DNA of 64,000 bases from an uncultured cyanobacterium (lineage in GTDB: Bacteria > Cyanobacteriota > Cyanobacteriia > Cyanobacteriales > Nostocaceae). Positions within the stretch are counted from its first letter, which is position 1, and every line of letters begins with the position of its first letter. The stretch covers positions 928,001-992,000 of the forward strand of contig CAVUDP010000004.1 of NCBI GenBank assembly GCA_963740315.1. Direction: 5' to 3'. The notes below the pieces were generated by a model. That model did no database searches, was not told the DNA's origin, and worked only from the letters and a program-made list of their open reading frames with translations. The position numbers and the translations under genes are program-made. Positions 11,641 to 22,851 of this stretch are shown one piece after another.

Positions 11641-12849
11641 ATGGAAGAAAGTAAATATATGTTAAGTCACGAACAAAATAAAAGTATTAGTTCGGCTGTT
11701 CCTTGCAATAATTATGCTTGGTTTTCGCAGCGTGCTTGGGTCGAAATTGATTTAGCGGCTTTATCGCATAACATAGTTCAAATACGAAAGTTACTCTCAC
11801 CGCGTACTCAGTTAATGGCTGTGGTGAAAGCAGATGCTTACGGACATGGAGCTATCAGCGTTGCCCAAACAGCTTTAAAATCGGGGGCTAGTTGGCTGGG
11901 TGTTGCTACAATCCCAGAAGGAATTGAGTTACGAGAAGCTGGCATTAAAGCGCCGATTTTGATTTTAGGTGCAACTTACACGAACGAACAAGTCCGGGCA
12001 ATTGCAGAATGGCAACTCGAACCTACAGTTTGCAGTGCCAAGCAAGCTTTAATATTTTCCGATATTTTAGAAGCGATAAATTTTGATTCTCCGCTACGGG
12101 TACATCTCAAATTAGATACCGGAATGTCGCGCTTAGGTACTCATTGGGAGGATTGTGCCCAGTTCGTTCAATTGGTTACACGGTTGCCTCATCTTGATAT
12201 TGCCAGTATTTATTCTCATTTGGCAACTGCCGATAGTCCCGATGATACCGTGATGAAACAACAGCACCAACGTTTTAATTGTGCGATCGCTCGCATAAAA
12301 AATATTGGCATAGAAATACCCTGCTTGCATTTAGCGAATTCTGCTGGCACTTTAAGCGATAAATCTTTACATTACGATATGGTGCGCGTCGGTTTGGCGG
12401 TTTATGGATTTTATCCATCAGTTCATTTGCACAAGCAGGTTGACTTGAAGCCAGTTTTACAAGTGAAAGCGCGAGTTACTCACGTTAAGACAATTGAAAA
12501 AGGTGTTGGTGTCAGTTACGGGCACACATTTATTGCTTCTAAGCAAATGCCTTTGGCAGTTGTAGCTATTGGTTACGCTGATGGAATACCCCGCAATCTT
12601 TCTAACAAGATGCAAGTTTTGATTCGAGGCGTAAAAGTACCTCAAATTGGTGCAATTACTATGGATCAGCTCATGTTAGATATCAGCGCCATACCTGATG
12701 TAGAAGAAGGGGAAATCGTTACTATTCTTGGGCGTGAAGGTGAAGAAGAAATTACTGCCCAAGATTGGGCAAATCAACTAAACACTATTTCTTGGGAAAT
12801 TCTCTGCTCTTTCAAACATCGTTTACCTCGCGTTACCTTAATGGAATAA
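11641..12849 (+). CDS. alr: Alanine racemase
   Basis: AVVKADAYGHG PLP lysine motif; DTGMSRLG. Confidence 0.96.
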   Translation: MEESKYMLSHEQNKSISSAVPCNNYAWFSQRAWVEIDLAALSHNIVQIRKLLSPRTQLMAVVKADAYGHGAISVAQTALKSGASWLGVATIPEGIELREAGIKAPILILGATYTNEQVRAIAEWQLEPTVCSAKQALIFSDILEAINFDSPLRVHLKLDTGMSRLGTHWEDCAQFVQLVTRLPHLDIASIYSHLATADSPDDTVMKQQHQRFNCAIARIKNIGIEIPCLHLANSAGTLSDKSLHYDMVRVGLAVYGFYPSVHLHKQVDLKPVLQVKARVTHVKTIEKGVGVSYGHTFIASKQMPLAVVAIGYADGIPRNLSNKMQVLIRGVKVPQIGAITMDQLMLDISAIPDVEEGEIVTILGREGEEEITAQDWANQLNTISWEILCSFKHRLPRVTLME

Positions 12850-12908
12850 TCTCTTCAATAAATAGTTATTCTCAAAAATACTTTTTTGTGATATTATATT
12901 TACTGAAT

Positions 12909-12990
12909 GCGGATGTGGCGGAATTGGCAGACGCGCTAGATTTAGGTTCTAGTGCCTCCGGGCGTGAAGGTTCAAGTCCTTTCATCCGCA
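12909..12990 (+). tRNA. trnL: tRNA-Leu (anticodon TAG)
   Basis: GCGGATG/CATCCGC acceptor stem, CTAGA-TTTAGGT-TCTAG anticodon arm, long variable arm, GGTTCAAGTCC T-arm; CCA not encoded. Confidence 0.96.
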
Positions 12991-13032
12991 TTTTTTAATT
13001 TTTCATTATTAAATTGAATAGAGTCAAGGTTT

Positions 13033-13069
13033 AAGCAGCAATTATCAGAATAGATATAATGCTGCTTTT
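13033..13069 (+). terminator. Probable intrinsic terminator after tRNA
   Basis: AAGCAGCA...TGCTGCTT stem followed by T's. Confidence 0.5.
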
Positions 13070-14157
13070 GCGTTGAAAGAAATATGCTCTGATATGGCAA
13101 TGCGATCGCCATATCAGATAATTAATGATTGGGTATTCGCACGCTTGCTGAATAAATATTTAAACCTAAATTCAAAATAACTCAAATAGCTGTATTCGTT
13201 ATCTATTGCCTGCAATAATTCCCTTTCGTAGATAGATAATTCCGGCGCTGCATGACTACTTAAGTGCAAAATTAACTTTGCAGCAACTATCGCTACGTTG
13301 TCTGAGGATAAGTCTTAAGTAGATACATTATTCTACAAACGTATTTAATTAAAACATAACAATAAATAATTTCAACTAATTTGAGATTGCTATATGAATA
13401 TCAAAGAAATATGTGACTAAATTGACTGCATATAGCATCATAAATATACATCTTAACTAACCCTAACAAAGAACAAAAAGCTTCAACAGATGAGATTTTA
13501 CTAGGTATTTATAATCATTAGTCTTTCACGTTCGTAATTAACTATATAGATACATAGATACAGTCAAGGCGAACAATATTAACTTTTATGATGTATAAAC
13601 TAAAACTTTCTATTCTTAGATAGCTACCTTAATATAAAGGCTGCAATGTTTGTTTAATTAACAAATTAATGATGCGATCTAACTATCCAAGAATAAATAA
13701 TAATATAGAAAAATTTTATACAACTGACGTACATAATAAAACAAATTATCTATAACAACTGCGACTGTATCACTCGGAATCAATAACTGTATTATACTTA
13801 AGTGGTAATACTTAAATAACGCTTTGACATGGGATATTTAAACCGCATTTATGACTAAATGAATTAAATTATGTAAACTAAATACTCAGTAGCTTTAAGT
13901 AGTCTTCATACTTTTTTTACTTGTTATCTAGAAATCTCTGTTAACCTCAGTACAAGTAAGTTGCATAGCTCCAATGTAAGGGTTAAGAAAAATTCAACTA
14001 TCCCCAAATGTTTATTTATCAAGGATTTGCCACGTATATAGATAATACATCTGGTTTAATTTATTACCAAAATATATAAATTATATTTTTTAATGAACCA
14101 GAAGATTTAGTAAAAACTTAACTGAGATCGATCAAATTTAGTAGTGGTAAGAACAAA

Positions 14158-15240
14158 ATGAGTACAACCCCCATTAATGATTACAAGTTATTTCAGAAAC
14201 TGCATCCGCTGTCTTTACTAGCACAATTAAGCAGTCGTCGTGCTACAGGTTGCTTAAGAATATTCACTAAGTCAACTTCTTGGGCGATCTATTTAGAAGA
14301 AGGTAAACTTACTTATGCAACTTCATCGGAGAAGTTATTTGAACGACTTGATACTCACTTACGCCGATTGAACCAGCAAATCCCGACTCTCAACAGTTCC
14401 GCGCGGGTACAAATGCGGATGATTTTTGAAACTAAAAATACTGATGAGCCAACTTCTCAAGCCGATTATCAAGCTATTTGCTGGTTAGTTGATGGGGATT
14501 ATATTACTTATCCTCAAGCAGAAACTTTAGTGAATGAATTAGCAAAGGAAGTATTAGAATCTTTTCTTACAATAAAAGAAGGAAGTTATGAGTTTTGGAG
14601 CGAACATCCTTTATTAAACCTACCTTCATTTTGCCATTTAGATTTACGTTCTGTAGTAGAAAGCGCTCAAAAACAGTTGAGAAGCCGCCGTCTAAGCCAA
14701 CAAAAAGTTACTTTAGAGAAAGCTTCATCTGTAGTTGAGGAAACAAATGCCCCATCCATCCAAGTTGAACCATTATCTAATCTTGAAAAAAACTTATCTC
14801 AACAAACTGTACAAGAAAATATAAAGGATAATAAGGATAGCAACAATACAAATATTTCAAAAAGTACAAAAGAACGATTATATACAGTTGCTTGTATTGA
14901 TGATAGCTTAACTATCTTGAAATCAATTAAACGTTTTTTGGATGATGACAAGTTTACGGTTGTAATGATTAACGATCCTGTAAAAGCTTTGATGCAAATT
15001 CTTCGTAGCAAACCGGACTTGATATTATTAGACGTAGAAATGCCGAATTTAGACGGTTACGAGTTGTGTTCATTGCTACGAAGACACTCTGCTTTTAAAA
15101 ATATCCCGATCGTAATGGTGACAGGGAGGACTGGATTTATTGATAGGGCAAAAGCAAAGATGGTAAGGGCTTCTGGTTATTTGACCAAACCCTTTACACA
15201 ATCAGAGTTGTTAAAAGTAGTGTTTAAACATATCAGTTGA
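14158..15240 (+). CDS. PatA-family response regulator (PATAN + receiver)
   Basis: N-terminal PATAN-like region; C-terminal CIDDS...LLDVEMP...TKPF receiver. Confidence 0.9.
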   Translation: MSTTPINDYKLFQKLHPLSLLAQLSSRRATGCLRIFTKSTSWAIYLEEGKLTYATSSEKLFERLDTHLRRLNQQIPTLNSSARVQMRMIFETKNTDEPTSQADYQAICWLVDGDYITYPQAETLVNELAKEVLESFLTIKEGSYEFWSEHPLLNLPSFCHLDLRSVVESAQKQLRSRRLSQQKVTLEKASSVVEETNAPSIQVEPLSNLEKNLSQQTVQENIKDNKDSNNTNISKSTKERLYTVACIDDSLTILKSIKRFLDDDKFTVVMINDPVKALMQILRSKPDLILLDVEMPNLDGYELCSLLRRHSAFKNIPIVMVTGRTGFIDRAKAKMVRASGYLTKPFTQSELLKVVFKHIS

Positions 15241-15314
15241 TTTATCAATATTTACCGCGAATAATAGTAACCTAATTTAATAGATGCTGGTTAATCGTTA
15301 AGGATATAATAAAA

Positions 15315-15692
15315 ATGAGTCTGACTTTACTTGGGACGATTTTAGTTGTTGAAGATTCACCTAGTGAATTGGAATTAATAAGTCATTTCTTAAATGAAAG
15401 TGGATATAAAGTAATAAAAGCTACAGGTGGAAGCGAAGCTTTAGAGAAATTAAAATCGGAAAAACCCGATGCAATCATTACTGATGTAGTAATGCCGGGA
15501 ATGAGTGGTTTTGAACTTTGTCGTTCTTTGAAAAAAAATCCAGCTACGCATTCGGTTCCTATAGTTATTTGTAGTTCTAAAAACCAGGAAATTGACCGTT
15601 TGTGGGCAATGAGGCAAGGTGCTGATGCTTATGTGACTAAACCTTATACTCGTGAAGAACTATTACGTGCAATTAAATCAGTAGCAATTTGA
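15315..15692 (+). CDS. cheY: Single-domain CheY-like response regulator
   Basis: VEDS, TDVVMP, QGADAYVTKP. Confidence 0.92.
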   Translation: MSLTLLGTILVVEDSPSELELISHFLNESGYKVIKATGGSEALEKLKSEKPDAIITDVVMPGMSGFELCRSLKKNPATHSVPIVICSSKNQEIDRLWAMRQGADAYVTKPYTREELLRAIKSVAI

Positions 15693-15696
15693 ACCA

Positions 15697-16200
15697 ATGA
15701 ACAATTCCAGCATTACATTACGAGCAGGGGTTTCCCAGGATAAAAATAACTTGGGAGATGGCTATCTCAAGTTCTTTATAAATCCGCAAACACCTGCTAT
15801 CTTGTCGATGAAGCAGACGCAAGAAGCAATGGTGGTGTCTGTAGAATCCGTAACGCCTATGCCTAATATGCCTTTTGGTATTTTGGGCTTAATGAATTGG
15901 CGAAGTCGTATCGTTTGGGTAGTTGATTTACCTAAGATACTCAATCTACAATCCCCCCAGAATCGTCCCCGACAATACAGTGTAATTATTGTTCGGACTC
16001 AATCGATGGTTTTGGGTTTAGTAGTACATGAAATTATCGGCACTCTCAGGTTTAACAGCGATGAAATTGGTTCTCCTATAGGGCAGGTTGCATCTAGTTT
16101 AGTTCCCTATTTACGCGGATGCATTGTTCAACCTCAAGAAATATTACTGGTATTAGATGCACAAGCTATCGTGCATTCTTCTAATCTCCGTAGTGAGTAG
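15697..16200 (+). CDS. cheW: CheW adaptor
   Basis: TPMPNMP..LGLMNWRSRIVWVVDL. Confidence 0.92.
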   Translation: MNNSSITLRAGVSQDKNNLGDGYLKFFINPQTPAILSMKQTQEAMVVSVESVTPMPNMPFGILGLMNWRSRIVWVVDLPKILNLQSPQNRPRQYSVIIVRTQSMVLGLVVHEIIGTLRFNSDEIGSPIGQVASSLVPYLRGCIVQPQEILLVLDAQAIVHSSNLRSE

Positions 16201-16262
16201 GGTGTAATACAAAAATAATGAATGTTTAGTGTCATAATTTACCACTCCGGGGCAATTAATTT

Positions 16263-19025
16263 ATGCTTAATAAAACAGATTCGGCGAATCGTGGTGATGC
16301 TCAAGACAGGGCATCACTTGTTTCATCTAATAACACCGATAGTCCATTACAACCATCTTCTTACCAAGCAAGTAGAGGAAACACCAATAATTCCTCTAAT
16401 GGTTTAATGGCTCGATTTAAACGGCTGAGCTTGAGTACCAAAACTACCATTGTGGCGATCGCAATGGCAACGGTTCCAGTTTTAATAATTGGTGTCGGAG
16501 CCTACATTGCTGCGAGTCAATCTTTAAATCGAAAGGCTTCTGGGTTGCAGGAAGCTCAAACAAAAAGTTTGGCGGATGGAATTAATAATTTCATGTCTCA
16601 ACGGTATGGAGATATTCAGGTAATATCTAATCTAAGTGCGATCGCATCTGGGGCAAGCTCCAGTCAACAAAGAGCCGTGTTGGATAATTACGTTGGTAAT
16701 TATACTGTTGGCGATCGCAAAGTATATGACGGCATTGGCGTTTTTAATTTGAATGGGGATGCAATTGTTCAATCCCAAGGAAGTAATTTTAGCAATCAAG
16801 GTAATTTAAATTATTTTCAGAATGTTAAAAATAGCGGCAATGCTTTTATCAGTCAGCCGATATTTTCTAAGTCTACTAATAGCTTTAATATTTATACCGC
16901 AGCTCCAGTTAAAAACCCTAATAATGGGCAAATTACATCAGTGGTTATAGCCCAGATGCCGGTTAAATCTTTGGAAAATGTAGTCAAAAATTATGCGAGT
17001 TCCGGGCAGGAATATTATTTAGAAGACTCTGAAGATAAAATTTTTCTGAGTACGAAAGAACAGGCAATTAATAAGTCATTAAAAGATGCTAAATTGCCAA
17101 ATTATGCGCCAGCACCGCAACAAATTCAAATACAAGGTTTTCAGCCAATAAATTGGGATGTAGTTTTAGCAACAGATGCTTCGATTGCGTTTGCACCGCA
17201 AAGAAATTTACTGCTAACTATCTTTCTGGGGACGGGATTAACGGCGATCGCTGTGGCATTTATTGCCGCTTGGTTGGCAAAACGTGCTACGCAACCGATT
17301 TTGAACGCGACAGCAGCGGTAGCAAAACTGGGTAAAGGTGAATTTAATACCCGTTTGGATGTAGGAGCAGAAGATGAAATTGGGTTGTTAAATGCCAATA
17401 TCAATCAAATGGCATCCCAATTAGAGTTACTAGTTAGAGAACAAGAAATAGAAGCTCAAAGAGAGAAATTAAAAGCAGATATTACCCTGCGTATCCGTAG
17501 AAGCCTTAAACTAGAGGATATTTACAAAACAGCGGTTCGAGAAATTCGCCAAGCTTTGAAAACAGATCGGGTAGTTATTTACGAGTTTAATCCTGAAACT
17601 TGGGATGGGGCAGTAGTTTCCGAATCGGTGAGTGCTGGTTTTCCCAAAATGATGGGGGCTTATATCGAAGATCCTTGTTTCCGCGATCGTCAAGTACAAA
17701 TGTATAAAAACGGGCGCGTGCGAGCAATTGCAAACATTTATAAAGATGCTGGCTTGAAGAAAGCTGACTGCTACGTTCAAATGTTGGAACAGTTTGCAGT
17801 CAAGGCGAATGTAGTTGCACCAATTTTAATTCAAGATAATTTAATGGGTTTGTTGATTGCCCATAATTGTGAAACGCCGCGAGATTGGCAGCAAAACGAA
17901 ATTGATTTGTTTAAACAACTAGCAACTCAAATCGGCTTTGCTTTGGAACAAGCCAAACTATTGGAAGAGGTAGAGAAAGCCCGACAACTTGCCCAAACCG
18001 ATTCCGATGAAGAAAGGCATCAAAAAGAAGAACTGCAAATGCAGTTAATTGAGTTGCTCAGTGAAGTGGAAGGTGCAGCGTCAGGAGACTTGACAGTACG
18101 TGCTGAGGTAACTGCGGGTGATATTGGTACGGTTGCCGACTTTTTCAACTCGATTGTAGAAAGTTTGCGCGACATCGTTACCCAAGTTCAAACCTCAGCA
18201 ATCAAGGTGAATCAAGCTATTGGTGACAACTCTGGGGCAATTAATCACTTAGCAGAATCAGCGCTTTCCCAAGCTGTGGAAATCACCCGCACTTTGGATG
18301 CCGTTGACGAGATGACGCAATCGATGAAGGCAGTATCGGAAAATGCTCAAGAGGCTGCTGCGATCGCCAATACCGCTAGGAGTACCGCTACGAATTCTGG
18401 AAAAGCAATGGAATTGACGGTACAAAATATTTTAGGTTTGCGTGAAACCGTAGGCGAAACTGCTAAAAAAGTTAAGCGTTTAGGTGAATCTACGCAACAG
18501 ATTTCGCGTGTGGTAGCATTGATCAACCAGATTTCCATGCAGACGAATCTGCTGGCAATTAACGCCGGAATTGAAGCAGCACGTGCTGGCGAAGAAGGTC
18601 AAGGCTTTGCTGTAGTAGCCGAAGAAGTCGGCGAACTAGCGGCAAGGAGTGCTGCTGCTACTAATGAGATAGAACAAATTGTGGAAAATATTCAGCGTGA
18701 AACTACTGATGTTGTGCAGGCAATGGAAGTAGGAGTATCACAGGTGGTGCAAGGGACGCAAATTGTGGAAGATGCTAAGCTGTCATTAAGTCAGATTCTA
18801 GAGGTTTCGCGGCAAATAGATAACTTGGTACAGTCGATTTCTACAACTACAAATCGTGGTGTAGAAACATCCCACCAAGTTAGCGCTTTGATGAAAGAAA
18901 TTGCTGCTGTCTCACAGCAGACTAGTACTTCTTCCCGTCAAGTTTCCGAATCGTTGCAACAGACTGTTGCAATTTCTCAACAATTACAAGAAAGTGTCGG
19001 TACATTCAAGGTCAGTTACGAGTAA
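16263..19025 (+). CDS. Methyl-accepting chemotaxis protein: TM-Cache-TM-HAMP-GAF(CBCR)-signalling (PixJ/PtxD-like)
   Basis: Two TM helices, DEIG HAMP, GAF with DPCF and [22 protein letters not shown] hairpin. Confidence 0.92.
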   Translation: MLNKTDSANRGDAQDRASLVSSNNTDSPLQPSSYQASRGNTNNSSNGLMARFKRLSLSTKTTIVAIAMATVPVLIIGVGAYIAASQSLNRKASGLQEAQTKSLADGINNFMSQRYGDIQVISNLSAIASGASSSQQRAVLDNYVGNYTVGDRKVYDGIGVFNLNGDAIVQSQGSNFSNQGNLNYFQNVKNSGNAFISQPIFSKSTNSFNIYTAAPVKNPNNGQITSVVIAQMPVKSLENVVKNYASSGQEYYLEDSEDKIFLSTKEQAINKSLKDAKLPNYAPAPQQIQIQGFQPINWDVVLATDASIAFAPQRNLLLTIFLGTGLTAIAVAFIAAWLAKRATQPILNATAAVAKLGKGEFNTRLDVGAEDEIGLLNANINQMASQLELLVREQEIEAQREKLKADITLRIRRSLKLEDIYKTAVREIRQALKTDRVVIYEFNPETWDGAVVSESVSAGFPKMMGAYIEDPCFRDRQVQMYKNGRVRAIANIYKDAGLKKADCYVQMLEQFAVKANVVAPILIQDNLMGLLIAHNCETPRDWQQNEIDLFKQLATQIGFALEQAKLLEEVEKARQLAQTDSDEERHQKEELQMQLIELLSEVEGAASGDLTVRAEVTAGDIGTVADFFNSIVESLRDIVTQVQTSAIKVNQAIGDNSGAINHLAESALSQAVEITRTLDAVDEMTQSMKAVSENAQEAAAIANTARSTATNSGKAMELTVQNILGLRETVGETAKKVKRLGESTQQISRVVALINQISMQTNLLAINAGIEAARAGEEGQGFAVVAEEVGELAARSAAATNEIEQIVENIQRETTDVVQAMEVGVSQVVQGTQIVEDAKLSLSQILEVSRQIDNLVQSISTTTNRGVETSHQVSALMKEIAAVSQQTSTSSRQVSESLQQTVAISQQLQESVGTFKVSYE

Positions 19026-19121
19026 TTAGTTACAAGTAATTAACTAACCACTAGTAACTAATAACTAATCGCTAATAACTAATCACTAATAACTGATGAC
19101 TAATGGCTAGGGACAAATAAT

Positions 19122-22100
19122 ATGTCACAGGACAAAGAATTTGAAATCCAGATGCAGTTTCTGGAGGAAGCTAGCGATTACCTCAACACTATGGAAGGGG
19201 TATTGTTAGAAATCGACACCAGCAACCGCATCGATTTGGAAAAGATAAACGCCGCGCTTCGAGCCGCTCATTCGATCAAAGGAGGAGCGGCAATGATGGG
19301 ATTTCGTTCTTTAAGCGATTTGGCTCACCGTCTGGAAGATTCGTTCAAAGTTCTAAAAACTAGAAAAAGCTCTTTAGAAGTAGATACTCAGTTACAAAGT
19401 TTACTTCTTTCTGGAGTCGATTGGCTGCGACAGATAGTAGAACTGCATTCAGAAACTCATGAATTAGATGAGCAGTGGTTGGCAAGTTTTTGCTATCCGG
19501 TATTTGAAGAATTGCACGAGCGTTTGGGCAATCCAACACCAGAAGATGCTTCTTCAATGCTATCGCCTGAAGATGGGCAAGATATCATACCGTTGCTGTT
19601 TGAAACGGAAGTAGAAGGGTGTTTGCAGCGTCTGGAATCAGTATTAGCCGATAGCGAGCAACCTTGTCTGAAAGAAGAAGTTGCCATTATGGCGGCTGAG
19701 TTAGCTGGTTTGGGTGAAATGCTGCAATTACGTGCTTTTAGCAGCTTTTGCGAATCGGTTCAATATCAATTGGAAAGTGCGCCATCCTCTCAAGTTGAAG
19801 AAATTGCCAATGCAGCCCTTGCTGGCTGGCGACGTTCCCAAGCCTTGGTTTTAACTTCTCAGATTGAAAGTCTGCCTATAGAGTTAGAGTTGGGTGAGGC
19901 ATCAACTGAAGCTTTTACCGAAGTAGAAATCGAACCGGATTTTACACAACTAGAACTAGACGAAGTACAAGAAATACACGAAATACACGAAATACAAGAG
20001 ATACACGAAGTAATAGAAGATACAACAGAAGAAATACAAGCACAAATAGTAGAAGATACTACAGAAGATTGGCTGGTAGACGATGTAATTACCGCAGATT
20101 TTGAAGCTTTAGAAGCGGCTTTTGCTCAAGAAAGTGCCCTTTCCGAATTTGATGAAGTTGAGTTACATACAGAGACAACCGCTCAAGAAATTCCCGCTAC
20201 CGACTATCAAACATTTGTCGAACGCAAACCCGAACCAGTTGCTGCTAAAAGCGAATCTGTAGAAAATACAGTTCGGGTTCCTGCCAAGCAGCTTGAAGAA
20301 ATCAACGATTTATTTGGCGAACTAATTATTCAACGCAATGGACTAAACTTGCAAATGGAAAGATTGCGTAAACTAGTTCGCAATCTCGGTCAAAGAGTGC
20401 AAGTTTTAGACCGCGAAAATCAACACCTGCGTACTGCATACGATAAAATTTCTACTCAAACTACAGTAAAATCCACATTTCCAACTCTGGCTTTGGTTCC
20501 AGGAAACGGTGGAAATATTGATGGTATTGATAGTAACGATTACGATTCAGATGGCATCAATAATGGATTTGATGCTTTAGAAATGGATCGCTACAACGAG
20601 TTGAACCTGCTTTCCCAAGAAGTGATGGAAACCATCGTCATGGTGCAAGAGGTGACAACAGACGTTCAAATTAGCCTTGAAGATACAGACAATATTTCGC
20701 GGAAATTAAATAAAACCTCAAAACAATTACAGCGCAAGCTGACTCAAGTGCGGATGCGTCCGCTAGCGGATTTAACCGACCGTTTTCCCAGGGCATTGCG
20801 CGATTTATGCGTAGAATACGGTAAAAACGCCCAGTTAAAGATAGAAGGCGGTAATATTCTGATTGAAAGGAGCATTTTAGAAGCTTTAAACGATCCTTTG
20901 ATGCACCTGCTCAGAAATGCCTTCGATCACGGAATTGAAGATCCTGCCACAAGAATACAGCAAGATAAGCCAGAACAAGGTTTAATCGAAATCAAAGCCG
21001 CTAACCGTTCCAATCGCACCATAATTACCATACGCGATGATGGTAACGGTATTTCTCTAGATAAAATTCGCGATCGCGCTATTGGCATGGGGTTGGATGA
21101 ATCTTTGATTAATCAGGCTACCGAAGAAGAAATACTATCGTTAATTTTTGAGCCTGGATTTACCACCTCCGACCAAGTTACAGCATTATCCGGTCGCGGT
21201 GTCGGTATGGATGTGGTTCGTAACAATCTGAAACAGGTACGGGGAGATATAAAAGTCGATACGGTACCTGGAATTGGAACCACCTTTACGCTGTCAATGC
21301 CGTTCACGCTCTCGGTTTCGCGAGTTCTGTTGGTAGAAAGCAGTCGAATGTTAATAGCTTTCCCCACGGATGTCGTAGAAGAGATATTTTTACTTGATGA
21401 CGAACAAGTTTTCCCAATGGGTGGCGGGGAAGTTCTAAATTGGCAAGGAAAAACTCTGCCTTTGATTGGGCTTGCCGATTATTTACAGTTTAATTGCCCT
21501 CGTTACGATAACCCCGATTTAGAAACTCCTCCAGCGATTAATGCAAGTAGCGTATTGATCGTGCAAAATAGCAGTCAGTCGGTAGCAATAAAAATTGACC
21601 GCTGTTGGGGAGAAATGGAAGTTGCGATTCGTCGCGTTGAAGGGGATATTCCTTTACCACCGGGCTTTAACAACTGTACGATTCTCGGTGATGGCAGGGT
21701 AGTAGCTTTAGTTAACGTTGCGGAATTGCTTTACTCTATTGCCGTCAACGAACGTACTGCTAAAAACAATCAATTACCATCATCAAGGTTAAAAACAGCT
21801 TTCCTAAATCAAACAGAGGAACAAGCTGTAGAACACGTAAGTAAGGGCAAAGGTACGATTTTGATTGTAGATGATTCAATCAACGTCCGACGTTTCTTAG
21901 CATTAACCTTAGAAAAAGGCGGGTATCAAGTTGAACAAGCAAAAGATGGTCAAGATGGTTTAGAAAAACTTCAAAGTGGTTTGAGCGTACAGGCTGTAAT
22001 TTGCGATATCGAAATGCCTCGCGTGGATGGTTACGGCTTTTTAGGTAGGGTAAAATCCAACGAGGAATTAAAAAATATACCCGTTGCTATGCTGACTTCT

Positions 22101-22235
22101 AGAAGTAGCGACAAGCACCGAAAATTAGCAATGCAGCTAGGTGCGCGGGCGTATTTCTCCAAACCTTATAACGAACAAGAATTACTGCGAACATTGGACG
22201 ATATTATTTTTTCTGTAGCTGGAATTAGCTCTTAG
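19122..22235 (+). CDS. cheA: CheA-CheY hybrid histidine kinase
   Basis: Hpt AHSIKGGA, HLLRNAFDHG, SGRGVGMDVV, CheW domain, C-terminal receiver. Confidence 0.95.
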   Translation: MSQDKEFEIQMQFLEEASDYLNTMEGVLLEIDTSNRIDLEKINAALRAAHSIKGGAAMMGFRSLSDLAHRLEDSFKVLKTRKSSLEVDTQLQSLLLSGVDWLRQIVELHSETHELDEQWLASFCYPVFEELHERLGNPTPEDASSMLSPEDGQDIIPLLFETEVEGCLQRLESVLADSEQPCLKEEVAIMAAELAGLGEMLQLRAFSSFCESVQYQLESAPSSQVEEIANAALAGWRRSQALVLTSQIESLPIELELGEASTEAFTEVEIEPDFTQLELDEVQEIHEIHEIQEIHEVIEDTTEEIQAQIVEDTTEDWLVDDVITADFEALEAAFAQESALSEFDEVELHTETTAQEIPATDYQTFVERKPEPVAAKSESVENTVRVPAKQLEEINDLFGELIIQRNGLNLQMERLRKLVRNLGQRVQVLDRENQHLRTAYDKISTQTTVKSTFPTLALVPGNGGNIDGIDSNDYDSDGINNGFDALEMDRYNELNLLSQEVMETIVMVQEVTTDVQISLEDTDNISRKLNKTSKQLQRKLTQVRMRPLADLTDRFPRALRDLCVEYGKNAQLKIEGGNILIERSILEALNDPLMHLLRNAFDHGIEDPATRIQQDKPEQGLIEIKAANRSNRTIITIRDDGNGISLDKIRDRAIGMGLDESLINQATEEEILSLIFEPGFTTSDQVTALSGRGVGMDVVRNNLKQVRGDIKVDTVPGIGTTFTLSMPFTLSVSRVLLVESSRMLIAFPTDVVEEIFLLDDEQVFPMGGGEVLNWQGKTLPLIGLADYLQFNCPRYDNPDLETPPAINASSVLIVQNSSQSVAIKIDRCWGEMEVAIRRVEGDIPLPPGFNNCTILGDGRVVALVNVAELLYSIAVNERTAKNNQLPSSRLKTAFLNQTEEQAVEHVSKGKGTILIVDDSINVRRFLALTLEKGGYQVEQAKDGQDGLEKLQSGLSVQAVICDIEMPRVDGYGFLGRVKSNEELKNIPVAMLTSRSSDKHRKLAMQLGARAYFSKPYNEQELLRTLDDIIFSVAGISS

Positions 22236-22851
22236 TAGCGATCGATTGCATGAGTTATGGGTTATTTAACAACTTATAACTCCGTTTTTTTTGTTTTAAA
22301 ATAAAGTTAAAATAAAGCATTTTTTATATAGCAGATTTTAATTGAATGCAATACAAATAAGAAACCCGGTATTTAAAAGTTACCGGGTTTTTCAAATATA
22401 AACGTCTAAATTTAAAAAATTCTTGCATAATACTTTATACTTTATTGTGAAAAAAGTTACTTGAATAAAAAATATCTTTAAAGCAAACTTACAGCTATTA
22501 GCTTGATTGTTAAGCCATAATTATTATTAACAAAGTGTAGCTACTGCGTGATTTAATATACATCCTTTCTATCTATAATATTGTAAATTGATTATGACAA
22601 CAAAGGTGATTTAAAATCATCCGTTATAACAGAATTTATCTCAAGTAAGATAATAACCGACTACAGGCGTTGCATTAAAATATGCATTTTGTCATACAGG
22701 ATACTTGTATAACTAGCTTTATTGATTAAATCACACAAGAACATTAAAAGTAGAACGGTTACTTGCATCCATATTCAGCAATTATTCAAGTTAACTTTCG
22801 GTTGAATACATAAATCATTAGATACAAGTATAAATGCGTTTGATTTTATAA

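Noticed and set aside
12765..12998. 77-aa ORF
   Set aside because: Overlaps the alr 3' end and tRNA-Leu; spurious
12909..14157. tRNA-anchored genomic island or group I intron
   Set aside because: No integrase or duplicated tRNA 3' end seen; the anticodon is TAG and uninterrupted
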